From Haliotis rubra (Eukaryota), in assembly GCF_003918875.1 (NCBI RefSeq), contig NW_025766836.1, forward strand, positions 744,001-808,000: 64,000 nt of DNA. The letters are read 5' to 3'. The notes beneath the pieces were generated by a model that was given only the letters and a program-made list of their open reading frames with translations, was not told the DNA's origin and made no database searches. Below, one piece after another: positions 1-13,606 of the stretch. The number at the start of each line of letters is the position of its first letter. Within the stretch, counting starts at the first letter, position 1. A program made the translations under genes and the position numbers.

Positions 1-985
1 ACACCTCCCCAACCCGTGTGTTTCCACCCACCTTCACATGGTCCCAACACCTCCCCAACCCATGTGTTTCCATCCACCTTCACATGGTCCCAACACCTCC
101 CCGACCCGTGTGTTGCCATCCACCTTCACCTGGTCCCAACCTGTGTGGATCCACCCACCTTCACCTGGTCCCAACACCTCCCCAACCAGTGTGTTTCCAC
201 CCACCTTCACCTGGTCCCAACACCTCCCCAACCCATGTGTTTCCATCCACCTTCACCTGGTCCCAACACCTCCCCAACCCGTGTGTTTCCATCCACCTTC
301 ACCTGGTCCCAACACCTCCCCAACCCGTGTGTTTCCATCCACCGTCACCTGGTCCCAACACCTCCCCAACCCGTGTGATTCCACCCACCTTCACATGGTC
401 CCAACACCTCCCCAACCCGTGTGTTCCCACCCACCTTCACCTGGTCCCAACACCTCCCCAACCCGTGTATTCCCACCCACCTTCACCTGGTCCCAACCCG
501 TGTGTTTCCATCCACCTTCACCTGGTCCCAACACCTCCCCAACCCGTGTGTTTCCATCCACCTTCACCTGGTCCCAACACCTCCCCAACCCGTGTGTTTC
601 CACCCACCTTCACCTGGTCCCAACACCTTCCCAACCCGTGTATTCCACCCACCTTCACCTGGTCCCAACACCTTCCCAACCCGTGTGTTTCCATCCACCT
701 TCACCTGGTCCCAACACCTCCCCATCCCGTGTGTTTCCACCCACCTTCACCTGGTCCCAACACCTCCCCAACCTGTGTGGATCCACCCACCTTCACCTGG
801 TCCCAACACCTTCCCAACCCGTGTGTTTCCACCCACCTTCACCTGGTCCCAACACCTCCCCAGCCCGTGTGTTTCCACCCATCTTCACCTGGTCCCAACA
901 CCTTCCCAACCCGTTTGTTTCCATCCACCTTCACCTGGTCCCAACACCTCCCCAACCCGTGTGTTTCCATCCACCTTCACCTGGT
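1..985. repeat. 46-bp minisatellite (ACACCTCCCCAACCCGTGTGTTTCCACCCACCTTCACCTGGTCCCA)n, truncated by window start
   Basis: Unit recurs with period 46 from position 1, with a few internally deleted units; explains the spurious ORFs in all frames. Confidence 0.95.
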
Positions 986-1496
986 CGGATGATATGCAAG
1001 TGAATTCACATGGATTGAGTTAACTCCAAGGATCGATGTGACAGCCTCAGTTACCCACGGGAGGTTCGCATTGGCGTATTATCCAGCACATCCATTAGTA
1101 TCGACAACACGATGTTTCAAGCACCTGTTACGGCAATACAGTGAATTGTTGAATGGGTGAATGTAATATGCATGATCCATGCATCTCTGGATCAATTTAT
1201 ATACGGGACGGTTGAGTTGCCTAGATGTAACAGGGTGCGTGTCACGCCGATAACCTTGGAGTCCTATTATTGGGTGCATTATGTAACCTGTGTCTGGTGT
1301 GCTCTAATGTATTATTGCCGGATGTTGCTTGAAGCGACTTAACACCATATCAACATGGATCTACACTGTTCACTGAGACTCTCGTTCCTTGAGAATGAGT
1401 ACGGTGGTGTAGCCTCACACAAATTCCCAATTTTGAAAGAAAAGAAAATGTGGAGGTTACACAATTAGTTTGAAATCAGAGAATAATTGATGTATA

Positions 1497-1668
1497 GGAG
1501 GGTTAGTGGGGTAGCCTAGTTTATAAAGCATTTGTCGTCGCAACGAACACCCAGGTTCTATATTCCCACATGGGTACAACGTGTGAAGCCCATTTCTGGT
1601 GTTCCTCCGCCGTGAATGTGCTGGAATATTGCTAAAAGCGGCGTAAAACTACTCTCACTCACTCACTC
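1497..1668 (+). mobile_element. tRNA-derived SINE, family A
   Basis: GGGGTAGCCTAGT A-box-like head, CCCACATGGGTACAA..GAAGCCCATTTCTGGTG body, GCTGGAATATTGCTAAAAGCGGCGTAAAAC + (ACTC)n tail; >20 copies in window. Confidence 0.85.
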
Positions 1669-1830
1669 CTTGAGAATAACGTAGGCTTACAATAGTATAA
1701 GCATCGCATATTTCATACCGATTTTCCAGGCGCCAATATTTCCAACAGATTTTGCCCAGGGTGCCGTTGCAAATTACGATCGAAGCGCTAAGATGATCGT
1801 AACTCAGACAGAACAAGACAGACTTACGAA

Positions 1831-1999
1831 TGCGTGAGTGAGTTTAGTTTTACGCTGCTATTAGCAATATTCCAGTGATATCACGGCGTGGGACACCAGA
1901 AATGGGCTTCACACATTGTACCCATGTGGGGAATCGAACCCGGTCTTCGGCGTGACGAGCGAACGTTTAACCACTAGGCTAAACCACCGCGCGCACACT
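1831..1999 (-). mobile_element. SINE family A, full length with TSD
   Basis: Reverse-strand copy flanked by direct repeat GACTTACGAA (1821-1830, 2000-2009). Confidence 0.85.
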
Positions 2000-2137
2000 G
2001 ACTTACGAAGTCGCAGCGTAAATATTGTGTTAGCAGCCCGGGAGCAATATATTTGCCAAGGTACTGTCTCACTATAATCATCGCAAATATCGTAGGATTA
2101 TCTGAACTCACTTATCGAAGATTATTCCCATTTCAGA

Positions 2138-2407
2138 ATGACGGACAAGAAGGCGGTGGTGAAGAACGCTGACATGAGCGAAGACATGCAGCAGGATGCA
2201 GTCCAGAGTGCATCAGATGCATTGGGGAAGTACAACATTGAGAAGGACATCGCTGCATACATCAAGAAGGAGTTCGACAAGAAGTACAACCCCACATGGC
2301 ATTGTATTGTCGGACGCAACTTTGGCAGCTACGTCACCCACGAGACCAAGCACTTCATCTACTTCTATCTGGGACAAGTGGCCGTTCTCCTCTTCAAATC
2401 AGGGTGA
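2138..2407 (+). CDS. DYNLL: Dynein light chain LC8 (DLC1)
   Basis: 89 aa with [12 protein letters not shown]...[47 protein letters not shown]; splice acceptor CCCATTTCAG immediately before A-ATG; AATAAA at 2909. Confidence 0.97.
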   Translation: MTDKKAVVKNADMSEDMQQDAVQSASDALGKYNIEKDIAAYIKKEFDKKYNPTWHCIVGRNFGSYVTHETKHFIYFYLGQVAVLLFKSG

Positions 2408-3668
2408 CCCCTGTCTCCTACGAACTTCCATGATTACAAACTCAATATTATGTCTTCTGCCATCTCCATCCTGTATGCAATCAACTCAGACTCAGAAAGC
2501 AGTACTTTTGAACTCATCAGAAGAGTACATTATTTGAATTTTAAACTGTTCGAATTATTCAGTTGGTTTGGAGAGTCTACAATCTGGCAGATCAAAATAC
2601 TGTGGTTATGCAGTCAGAATATTGAATGAAGTATTTTCATGTTCTGAGCGGAAGCTTCGAGATATACACAGAGAACAACGTTTACCCGTTACTTATGCTT
2701 TTGGTCATACTAACACCCTGTTTGGTTCACATATCAAATGTCCATTTGCAAGGATTCGGATTATTTGGGTATTCAACAGTTTGATATGTGCATACATTGT
2801 TGTCCGAGTCAGTCCGTGTTGATACTAGAACATTTGGAGTACATTTGAATATATTTCAGATTTTAATTGTCTCTTGTTTGTTATTTATCTATTTGCAATG
2901 TGTGGACCAATAAACATTGCGTCATTAATGTAGCCTTTGTACTAATTTGTATGAACTTCCAAACGTGGGATGGAATGGGGTCTTCTCAGGGCATTGATTT
3001 TTGGTGGCTTGGTTGTTTTTGTGTGAATGGGAACCGGGTGTCCCAGTGATATATAGGGTTGTGAAGAGTGGCTCCCCTTACCGGTGCAAGGATACGGTGA
3101 TGTGTGTTTGAATCGCAGGTTTCCACACGGGTGTTGTAAAAGTCGGGGGAAAAGCTAAATTCCTTCTGCGGAATTAAGCTGCAGCGCTGCGACATACGTG
3201 ACCAACTCGTGTTATTCCGAAATAACCCGGAGGTTACGGAAAGGGGCGAGTCGTGACGATTGGCGCCGCGATTTACCTAAAAATTGAAGCGGCTGAAAAC
3301 CTAGCGACTCACACTGGAACAGTGAGTGCAGTTAAAGCGTTTCAGTTCCCTGACGTCATCATGTGGGATAAATGTCCACGTGATATCTACGAAGTTTACC
3401 ACTTAGTTCACACCGACGAGTATGGTACTTGAAGGTCCGGGTTAAGCTCCAGGAACCCGTGTTTGCGTAAGAGGCCAACGATTTGGGCGGATTCTATCTC
3501 CATTTCGTAGATTTCCTCTTCGCTGTCCGAAGCATGACCTACAGACAATACAGACCTGTCGTTCCAGTCCAAATAGGTTCCTACGAGGGCGTTCTTTGTG
3601 TTTTGGAACACACGGAAGTCTCACAGAACTAGATCAGGAGAATAACTCGGATAGTGAAGGCTTCTATG

Positions 3669-6600
3669 CCACACATTTTTTTAATGGTGCTGCACCGTAG
3701 CGACACGCATCGTTACCGCTCTCCAGAAGAAACATTGTGTTATCATAAACGTATACAGTTTTGAAGCTCAAACAATGGAGAAAATGAATAAGCGAATATG
3801 GATTTACGCCGCAATGGCAGTAACCTGTTTTTTCCAACAAATTACTTCCGTAGCGACCAGTGGCGTCTGTGACAACCATCATGGCCGTTACGACGAGATT
3901 CGCTTTGGGAGGGAGCAGCTCCTTCAATTCCAAGGATTGATTGATGTAAGTCATTTGAAAATTGATCTGCCACCGGAATGTGCATGCAACAATAATATTA
4001 GTAAAGGATAAATAATAACAGTAAAGGAAATAACACTGCTAGGCGCAAACGAGGAAAGAGAGAGGGGGGCTTCGACAAAAGGTGAGAACCCGGAAGTACA
4101 AACCGCCTCTCCCAACAATTATTCTATCAAATGTCAGAAGTCTACGTCGCCAAATAAATGAAATTGAGGCTTGTGTAAAGTGTATGTACGAGTTCCGAGA
4201 AAGCTGTCTCATGTGCTTTACGGAGACATGGTTGAACGGGTCTGTGGACAACACAAGTTTGGAACTCAGTGGATTCGGATCGCCGATTCGGCTGGATATA
4301 GATGCGGCAAAGACCGGGAAAAGTGTTGGAGGAGGTGTGTGCGTTTATGTAAACGAACGCTGGTGCAAGCAGCACGCGCTTCGAGAATCTATCTGCAACA
4401 CGGACACTGAACTTTTGTGCATTTCACTCAGGCCATATTATCCTCCTAGAGAATTCGGACAAGTTTTTTGTGACCACTGTATATATTCCGCCGGATGCTA
4501 ATGTGAAACGAGCTGCCAACACTATTCACACCACTATAGACAAACTTAATGGTTTTTCACCAGAGGCACCAAAATTCAATGCATGTGACTTAAAACATGT
4601 TCTGCCATCATACCATCAGTATGTAAAATGTCCGACAAGTTCTAGAAAAACTATTGACTTGTGCTATGGTAATGTGAAAGATGCCTACAAATCTTTTGCA
4701 AAGGCTCCGATGGGGACTTCTGATCACAATACTGTTTATTTAGTTCCTTTGTATTGTCAAAAATTAAAGTCAGAGAAGCCAGTCTTAAAATATGTAAAGC
4801 CATGGACAAAAGATTGTTTAGAACAGTTGAGAGGATGTTTTGATTGTACAAACTGGGATATGTTTGAACATACTAGTGATAATTTGAATGAGTTTACAAA
4901 TACTGTAACTGATTATATAAATTTCTATGTACAAAACATTGTGCCAGTCAAATGTATTAAAATATTTCCTAATAACAAGCCTAGGTAACTAAAGAGTTCA
5001 AATCAGTTTTAAATGAAAGGAAAAGGGCTTTTTTTGTGCAGGGGACAAGGTCAAGGTTAAAGAGATTCAGAAAGAGATTGCTTGTTTAACAAGGAAATGT
5101 AAAGAAGAATACAAAACAAAGATTGAAGGACAATTTTCGGTAAACAATTTACGTAATGCATGGAGTGGCATAAAATATCATTGGATCAAATATTAGACCT
5201 CGACAGTTGGAACCAAGCGATGACTTATCTTTTTCAAATGAGTTAAACTCATTCTACTCCCAATTTGATACTGGGATTTTTTCAGATGAAAGGAAACTTG
5301 TATTGGAATCGCTTCCACCTTGTGAAATGTTAAATTATATCGACAGATGATGTGATTAGTTCATTCGCTAAGATAAATCCACACAAATGTTGTGGGCCTG
5401 ATAACTTGCTTGGGATTGTTCTTGGGCAATGTACAGTGCAACTGGCTGTTATTTTTCAAAAGCTATTTCAGATATCAATTCCCATTCTTTGGAAAACCTC
5501 TAAAATTATTCCATTGCCAAAAAAGAAAAATCCCTCTGTTAATAATGACTTCAGACCAGTGGCCCTAACCTCTATTGCCATGAAATGTTTGGAACGTATT
5601 GTTAAGATCTTATTGTTGAATGAAGTCAGCCATGTTCTTGATCCATTACAATTTGCATACAGAACAAGGCGTGGGGGGTAGATGATGCAACAATCACTGT
5701 GTTAAACAGTATATATAAGCATTTAGAAAACTATGGTACTTATGTGAGAATAATGTTTGTTGATTTTTCATCTGCCTTTCATACTATTCAACCTCATTTG
5801 TTAATTGATAAACTTTTCAAAATGAATGTTAATTCTAACATCATCAAATTGATTAATTCATTTCTAGTTAACAGACAACAATTTGTACAGGTTAATAATG
5901 TGAAATCATCAATTGTAAACTGGCACTCCACAAGGTTGCGTTATTTCACCAATTCTGTTCATATTGTACACCAATGACTGTGTATCCAACACAGAAACAT
6001 GTTTTACAGTCAAATTCGCGGATGATGCTGCATTGGTAGGCCTTATTAGGGAATCAGAACTTGGTTACAGAGCTGAAATTCCAAAATTTGTAGAATGGTG
6101 TAAGTCGCACCTTTTTTATTTTTGAATGTGCAAAAAACCAAAGAAATGATCATAGATTTTAGAAAAGCTAAGTCAACAATAAATGCTGTAAATATTGAAG
6201 ATAATGAAATCGAAAGAGTAACTGAATACAAATATTTGGGTACTGTCTTAGATTTGAAACTCTCCTGGAACGAAAACACTGAGATTATTAGAATAAAAAA
6301 GGACAGCAGCGCTTGCATTTTTTGTGGAAGTTGAAACTTGTTAAAATCGACCAAACTATCATGATGTTATTTTACAAAACCTTTATTCAAAGTGTCATAA
6401 ACTTTAATTTCTTGAGTTGGTTCGGGAACCTGTCTGTTTAGAATAAAAACAAACTCTCAAAAATCGTAAACACTGCGTCTAAAATTATTGGGCTTCCTAT
6501 CGAAAGTATCGGCAGTTGTTATGAGCAGCAAATTTCAAAAAAGGCAAACAAAATTTAAATGATCCTACTCACATACTCTTTTCTGAATATTCATCATTAC

Positions 6601-6893
6601 CTTCTGGACGCAGGCTGCGTATGCCGACTTTCAGAACAAACAGGGTTCGCCACTTTGTTCCAGCTAGTATTAGATGCATTAACAAATTCTGTGAATGACT
6701 TGTCTTGAAACTACAAATTCTGTGAAAGACTCAATATCTATGTTTGTGTACTAAATTGATGTATTTATATCCTGATTATTTCATGATTACCAATTGCAGT
6801 GTTATGTATGGCTGCTTTATGAAAGGAAAACTGGAGAACGTATGATGCAAAACAAATTTCCCTTGGGACAATAAAGAATTATCCGTCTTATCT
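3669..6893 (+). mobile_element. Near full-length degenerate non-LTR retrotransposon, Rex1/Babar-like (APE endonuclease + RT), multiple frameshifts/stops
   Basis: RKRGKRGG..PLPTIILSNVRSL, CFTETWL, GGGVCVY, SDH (APE); NDFRPVALTS, DPLQFAY, FVDFSSAF, KFADD (RT); LNVQKTKEMIIDFRK, LPSGRR C-terminus; AATAAA + TCTTA repeat tail; possible 4-bp TSD TATG. Confidence 0.9.
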
Positions 6894-7014
6894 TATGTAG
6901 CAGCCCGTGAAGATCCCGTGATGGATCACCCACGTTCTGGACGGCCCACGGAGACGTGCCTATAAAGGCAGCATGTACAAAACTGAGTTTGGGCAAAGCA
7001 CTTGATACACCCAA

Positions 7015-7130
7015 GAGTGAGTGAGTGAGTATGGTGTTTCGCCCCTTTTAGCAATATTCCAGCAATATCACGACCGAGGACACCAGAAGTGGGCTTCACA
7101 CATTCCACCCATGAGCGAACGCTTGAACCG
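7015..7130 (-). mobile_element. SINE family A (internally deleted)
   Basis: (GAGT)n tail, TTTAGCAATATTCCAGCAATATCACG, GGGCTTCACAC. Confidence 0.75.
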
Positions 7131-7792
7131 CAAGATCACCAAACATTCAAACACATGTTTGACAAAAACAGTCGCCTTGGACATCAAACAAATGTTCCTA
7201 GGATGTTCCTGGGATTTATTGTATTCCGGAATAAATACAGTGGACATAATTTATGAAAAATGACAAACTGGAACACCATACACATTCATGCAAAGTTAAA
7301 TCAAAATTATTTATTTTCCAAACTTAACAATAGGTAAAACAGAGATTGCGATACAAAATATAAACAACATGTTTCAATATTTTCTCACGTCATATTTGGT
7401 TAGGATATGAAATGGGTTGACATCTTGGTGTCAGTTAAATAATGTTTGACGTGATTTTAAACAAATGACAAACAAACTAACCATCTGCGAACATTCATAA
7501 GCATCTGAGATCAAAGACGTATCAAGGGATCACATATAGGAAGAAATGACAATGGTGCAAAATGTCATTTGAAAGGCACAAAATGATATTTTCATTGGAT
7601 GTGATATGGTCTGTAAGATTTTGCATTGTAAATTATACAGACACAATAATATTTTGTATTTCAATATTCCCAAAAACTTCAACAAAGGTATTTGTGTGAA
7701 ATGTTTATGATGAGAGATATAGACTTGAGCACTTGACAATAAAACCGTAACTTGATCTATTGTCCCCGTTATTCATCCTCGTGGTCCATTGT

Positions 7793-8062
7793 TCATCCTG
7801 ATTTGAAGAGGAGAACAGCCACCTGTCCCAGATAGAAGTAGACGAAGTGCTTGGTCTCGTGGGTGACGTAGCTGCCAAAGTTGCGTCCGACAATACAATG
7901 CCATGTGGGGTTGTACTTCTTGTCGAACTCCTTTTTAATGAATGCAGCGATGTCCTTCTCAATGTTATACCTCTCCATAGCTTCAGTGGCGCTGTCGCAA
8001 GCGTCCTGCTGCATGTCCTCGCTCATGTCAGCGTTCTTGATGACGGCTTTTCTCTCACACAT
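7793..8062 (-). CDS. DYNLL: Dynein light chain LC8 (DLC2)
   Basis: Intact 89-aa LC8 ORF; acceptor TTCTTCTTCAG 6 nt upstream of ATG; AATAAA (minus strand) at 7310-7315. Confidence 0.97.
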   Translation of the reverse strand: MCERKAVIKNADMSEDMQQDACDSATEAMERYNIEKDIAAFIKKEFDKKYNPTWHCIVGRNFGSYVTHETKHFVYFYLGQVAVLLFKSG

Positions 8063-8129
8063 GGTGTTCTGAAGAAGAAAAACGTTTTCCTGCGAATCAA
8101 AAATAAAACTTGCGATCGATTTGAAAACC

Positions 8130-8287
8130 GAGTGTGTGAGCGAGTTTAGTTTTATGCCTCTTTAAGAAATATTCCAGCAATATGAAGGCGGGGGGACACC
8201 AGAAAGAGGCTTCACACATTGTACCCACGTGGAGAATCGAACCCGGGTCTTCGGCATGACGAGCGCTCGCTTTAACCACTAGGCTAC
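8130..8287 (-). mobile_element. SINE family A in the LC8 intron, at the same position in DLC2-5 (15800-15955, 25686-25830, 32543-32687)
   Basis: Same location ~60 bp from the acceptor in all four inner paralogs, so it predates their duplication. Confidence 0.8.
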
Positions 8288-8389
8288 TGCATGATGGTGT
8301 TCTTGTGTTATATTTTTAGGCAATGTAGAAAATAAATTACGAAGGGAAACATGAAAAGAAGATAGATTGAGAGAAACATAGAAGAAAGT

Positions 8390-9003
8390 AGACTAGTTGG
8401 GAACATGGGCGGAAGGCAAAATTGGTGAGAACATGGATGGAAGGCAGATTGGTTTGGGAACATGGATGGAAGGCAGATTGGATGGGAACATGGATGGAAG
8501 GCAGATTGGTTTGGGAACATGGATGGAAGGCAGATTGGTTGGGAACATGGATGGAAGGCAAATTGGAGAGGAGCATGTTAGGAAGGCAGATTGGATGGGA
8601 ACATGGATGGAAGGCAGGTTGGATGGGAACGTGGATGAAAGGCAGATTGCCTGAGAACATGGATGGAAGGCAGATAGGTTGGGAACATGGACGGAAGACA
8701 GATTGATTGGGAACATGGATGGAAGGCAGATTGATTGGGAACATGGATGGGAGGCAGATTGATTGGGAACATGGATGGGAACGTGGATGAAAGGCAGATT
8801 GATTGGGAACATGGATGGGAGGCAGATAGGTTGTGAACATGGATGGGAACGTGGATGAAAGGCAGATTGCCTGAGAACATGGATGGAAGGCAGACTAGTT
8901 CGGAACATGGGTGGTAGGCAGATTGGATGAGAACATGGATGGAAGGTAGGTTGGTTGGGAACATGGATGGAAGGCAGACCAGTTGGGAACATGGATGGAA
9001 GAA
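8390..9003. repeat. ~28-bp minisatellite (GGAACATGGATGGAAGGCAGATTGGTTG)n in DLC2 intron
   Basis: About 20 diverged tandem units. Confidence 0.93.
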
Positions 9004-9160
9004 GTGAGTGAGTCAGAAAGGTTTAGAAAGCAATATTCCAGCAATACCACGGCGGGGAACACCAGAAATGGGCTTCACGCATTGCATCTATGTGGGGACT
9101 CAAACCCGGGTCCTCGGCGTGATGAGAGAAAGCTCAAACCACTACGCTACCCCACCGCCT
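9003..9160 (-). mobile_element. SINE family A (paralogous copies at 19651-19785, 26325-26476)
   Basis: Family A body and head ending CTACCCCACCGCC. Confidence 0.8.
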
Positions 9161-9434
9161 AAAAATGCATAATTATGTTAAAGGACATTATTCCCCCTTC
9201 AGATTCTTTCCATTGATTGCAATATCCGCGTTAATTCCAGTTGAATATGTTACCACAGATAATATTTCCACAGGTATATCTCTGGAATATTTTCTCATAA
9301 CACTTTTCATGAATCATCTTTCCTCCGTAAACAATTCATCTCGGGAAACATTAATTGCTCACATATATTACCCATGTATAGGCTATCTTATTATGAGTGT
9401 CAACCCATAACCAATCCTAAACATAAGCGGATAT

Positions 9435-10027
9435 ATAGAGGATACTAAACGACCTTCCGTGTAATACCATTTTTATTAAACGAGTTAATGATTTACGAGT
9501 TTGATGCTAAATCTTTCACGAGTTTAATAAAAATGGTATTTCACGTAAGTTTAGTATTCTGTTTATTACTCTCCAACATAAACTGCTAGAAACTGCCTAC
9601 GAAGTGTGATGACTCTCAGCTTTCCACGAGTCAAGCAAGGTCTAATACCATTGTGGCAGAGGTATTAGCATTGTGACGTCATAACTGTAAACCATTATGA
9701 CGTCGTACGTCTAGCGGTATTACACTAGTGTAATATTGCCGTAAAATAATACATAGAGGATATTTTGTTAAACTCGTGAACGTATCAACTTTGCCAGACC
9801 ATTCGATGATAAATACATGTTATTTGACAACATTAACAAAATATTCTATTTATTATATTTTGATCATTGTTTATAAATGATCGAGACATCGAGTAAGTCT
9901 GCATTTTATTACGCAACCCAACTACTGTCTAGCCCTTGAGCACACCATTTTTATTTTCACCAATGTTTACAGTATTTCACACTTAAGAATGTAATAAACT
10001 GCAATATCTTCCACGGGTGAGTAATAA
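9435..10027. mobile_element. Inserted repetitive DNA (probable non-autonomous DNA elements) in DLC2 intron
   Basis: Absent from the paralogous site in DLC4/DLC5 (GGATATGGTTGTA); internal inverted repeat TACCATTTTTATTAAAC / GTTTAATAAAAATGGTA. Confidence 0.6.
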
Positions 10028-10474
10028 ATGGTTGTATGTGCACTTTGAACTATTTCCAGCAAAACATACTATAACTCCGACAACCGGCTTCACATCGTCC
10101 GAACGAAATCGTCCGGAACCACCTCTCGCGTGACAAGCGAACACAGTCCTTCTCATTATCCCTAAACTATATGATGTTCCCTTCCGCCCAACCCTCTCTG
10201 GTATGCAAAATGAAACGAGTTTAGATTTGCCTACGGTTTTGAATCTCCCATACCATTCGGGACCCTTTTCAGTTTAGACTGAGTCAGAAAAAAACATATT
10301 TTCAGAGAATGAGCATTTAGACATCATTGGGGCAGACATCAGGAAAACAGTGATAGGTGTGACGGCAAATAAGAGAGATATAAGCGCGATAGAACTAGAA
10401 ATCTATAATACAGCGTTCATTCAGCATTTCAGTTTCTGTGTGTTTATATAAAAATATTGGAACAGTTTAGTACA

Positions 10475-10690
10475 CTTACCTGATTTGTGTGAAAAGTCCT
10501 ATGAAAATCGCGGGGATAACTGGCAAGTTGTGATATGGAAACTTTCTAAACGTTACTTTTGGTTACATATCATCCCATAACAACTGTACCACGCTATGAT
10601 TAGACATTCCATTGGTTAAATGCTGCAGTTTGACTGGTTGAGTCGAGTGTTTGCTGTAGGAGGTTTTAACTTCCCGGCATGCAAAACGCG
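10475..10690 (-). promoter_or_regulatory. DLC2 non-coding exon 1 donor and promoter module (X-box-like, CCAAT, SBS/ZNF143-like)
   Basis: Minus-strand donor CAG|GTAAGTG at 10479; ATCCCATAACAAC 10572-10584; ATTGG 10611; TTCCCGGCATGC 10671. Confidence 0.75.
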
Positions 10691-10945
10691 CGCATCCCCA
10701 AATTCATTCATGACAACCAGCGAGCAGGTAATAGACTACGGTGCATGCAATTTCGACTTTAGACCTGCGGGTTGCATGTCAAAGCACATATGTTGAACGC
10801 TTGAATGATCCCGAACTTCAGAATAAGCTGTGTGAAGCTGAACTGTGTTACCTTAAAGGATGTAGTTGATATTCACCGAAAGTGATATACTAGTACCTCC
10901 TAGATAACTGTGATATGAGATTTGACTGACGCTGGCAGTAAGATA

Positions 10946-12334
10946 CAGTACAACCACAAATTATTTAGAATTTAAAGATTGTAATTTTTTTTTTTCACTC
11001 ATTACTCACGTATTAAATGTGAATATTAGCAGAACATAACTCCAGTGAGTGAGTGAGGTGTATGGTTTTACGCCGCTTTTAGCAATATTCCAGCAATATC
11101 ACGGCGGGGACACCAGAAATGGGCTTCACACAATGTGCCCATAACTCCAGATTTAAAGACAGGTGAACAGTTAGTATTTTGTCAAGTCACCATGGGCAGC
11201 AATGCAGGCTTCAGTTCGGCGGGGCATACTACTGATCAAAGAAGTTAGAAAGTCGTGGTCCATGCTGTCCCAATATCGGACCACCTCTTCTTTCATTTCA
11301 GCAATATTTGTCAGATTTTTCTTATTGACACTTTCCTCCATAAGTTCCCAAACATTTTCTATTGGATTTAGGTCAGGGCTATAGCTTGGCCAATCTAATA
11401 ATGTCATATTGTGGGTCCGAAACCAGGCCTGTGAATGCTTTGAACGATGTTTTGGGTCGTTGTCCTGCTGAAAAATCCATTTCCATAGAACACGTGAGCA
11501 GATGGAAGTAAAGGTCCTTGGAGAATATCTGTGTACCACTCACTGTTCATATTCCCTTCAAATACACAGAGGGGCGTTGCCCCTAACACAGATATGCCAC
11601 CCCACACGTTTAATTTCGGACTGTACTAAATTTGGGCGCTGATACAAAGGTTTTTCAGTTTGTTTGGTCCAGAATTTCAGTGTATTAGGAAACAGCCACA
11701 CAGAACTTTCATCTGAGAAAATCACATTGTCCCAGTTAAAATTTCTATGCTGTAAGCACCAGTTCAACCTTTGCACCTTTTGTTCAGATTTCATGATCGG
11801 TGATGGGTTTCCTCGACGTTTCTGCCAACCCATTGCATGCAGCTCAATTCTAATTGACTCCTTACCCACAGCCACAGTTCCTCTATCAATCATACCCAGC
11901 CTTAAGTTTTCTAAACTCCTTCGTTTGTTTTTAGAAACAAGAATACCAAGCCGCCTCCTGTCACCGACAGTCAATTTTCTGGGCCTACCTGCGCCTCCCT
12001 GGTGCTCAATGCCATATCCATTTGCAATATTTTTCAAAACACGATAAACAGTGGACAAAGGGATGCCTGTTCTACTTGAAATCACTTTAGCTGATCTGAT
12101 GTCCTTGTTATAATACTCTAAAATCAACTTCCTCTTCTCTAAATCATCCATACTGAGGATCACTGAAAATGTCGTCTGCTAGCAAGTAAACAAAGGGGAT
12201 AACTCTTCACAAACTAATGAACGGAGTTGTCTCTCTTGAATGAAACCAAGCACTTGATAGCTGGTCAAGGTTGTTTATACTAGAAATCCAATTAACTATA
12301 TTCCTAAAATTCTCAATAATTTCTGGTCATACTA
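10946..12334 (-). mobile_element. Tc1-family (DD34E) DNA transposon with frameshifted transposase (11171-12151)
   Basis: ~28-bp imperfect TIRs CAGTACAACCACAAATTATTTAGAATTT / AAATTCTCAATAATTTCTGGTCATACTA; TA TSD (10944-45, 12335-36); GRPRK, VIFSDES, FQQDND(34)E of SPDLNPIE; two frameshifts; empty site in the DLC3 unit (~23990). Confidence 0.93.
11046..11139 (-). mobile_element. 5'-truncated SINE A nested in Tc1
   Basis: 11-bp TSD CATAACTCCAG (11035-11045, 11140-11150). Confidence 0.85.
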
Positions 12335-12601
12335 TAATAGTACGGCAGGTGTTTCGGTCATTAGCAATACTTGTTTTCAGTGTAGGTATTTCTTTCTCGT
12401 TTGGGGCACAAACGGAATCACACACGCTTGTAAACGATGTGTTACATATCCTCGTCATGCTCCTTCCTAACGTGAACTGACAAGAATCCATTATTCGCTA
12501 TGCTTTGAAATTGCGCAGATTCATCACAATGAATAAGTGATGGTTGTGTAACCCCCTCTGAAATGTATTCCGGTTATGCGGCGCGTCCTCTTAATGTTAG
12601 A

Positions 12602-12830
12602 GACGAGACCCGTGATGGTTATAATTGATCTTCAGTAACCCATGCTTGTCGTAAGAGGCGACTAACGGGATCGGGTGGTCAGGCTCGCTGACTTGGTTGA
12701 CACATGTCATCGTATCCCAATTGCGCAGATCGATGCTCATGCTGTTGATCACTGGATTGTCTGGTCCAGACTCGATTATTTACAGACTGCCGCCATATAG
12801 CTTGAATATATATTTAAACTCATTCACTCA
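12602..12830 (+). mobile_element. SINE family B (V-SINE/RUDI-like)
   Basis: CCCATGCTTGTCGTAAGAGGCGACTAACGGG V-domain-like core; TSD CTCTTAATGTTAGA on both sides. Confidence 0.8.
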
Positions 12831-13440
12831 CTCTTAATGTTAGAAGATAACCGCACAGGGAATAAATACACTGTTTAGAACGCCGTAAATATCTGGTTTG
12901 GGTGTGAATCTGTGATTCCATGTTACAATTTGTTTTGGGGGCTGGTAGCTTAGTGGATAAAGCGTTCGCTCGTCACGCCGACGGGCCCGGGTTCTATTCC
13001 CCGCGCATGGGTACAATGTGTCAAACCCTTTTCACTCACTCACTCACTAACTCACTCGCTCACTACAATTTGTTTTATAAATGGGTTTTGATATGGCTTC
13101 CCTTGACAAAGCAGCCAAGAGTGTGATAGAAAGTTTCGTATAGGAAATTGGTTGTATGGTGGTTGCCTATCTTTGTTCAACCACAGTAAGTCGTATTATT
13201 CTATCATGGCCGCGCACATGTGTACATCATAAGCACGTGATATGCCAGGGGCCTGCCATATTTTTCTTTCGTCAGTTTGTTTCTATTGCATTTGTGATAG
13301 AATGAATTAATAAGCAATGCGAGGGTATATTTAGTTGTGATAGCGTTTTATCAAAGGGTACCTCCGTATTTTAACCGCACAATATCGAAGTACACTGTGT
13401 GGGAAATTGGTTGTATTGCCCATCTTGGTTCAACCCCAGT

Positions 13441-13606
13441 GGGGGCTGTGGGGTAGCCTAGTGGTTAAAGCGTTGGCTCGTCACGCCGAAGACCCGGGTA
13501 CGAATCCCCACATGGGTACATTGTGTGAAACCCATTTCTGGTGTCCCCCGCCGTGATGTTGCTGGAATATTGCTAAAAGCGGCGTAAAACCAAACTCAGT
13601 CAGTCA
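13441..13606 (+). mobile_element. SINE family A, full length
   Basis: Head to tail complete; TSD TCAACC(C/A)CAGT. Confidence 0.8.

Noticed and set aside
16-1023. Long ORFs in several frames
   Set aside because: Produced by the stop-free 46-bp minisatellite; open in all three plus frames
2061-2136. Short 76-nt 5'-UTR intron for DLC1 (CAAG|GTACTG)
   Set aside because: Weak donor and no promoter module nearby; the true exon 1 probably lies left of the window
7847-8149. Conserved antisense and shifted ORFs over each LC8 gene
   Set aside because: Shadow frames of the conserved LC8 coding sequence
13441-13515. tRNA genes
   Set aside because: tRNA-like heads continue into SINE bodies with tails and TSDs
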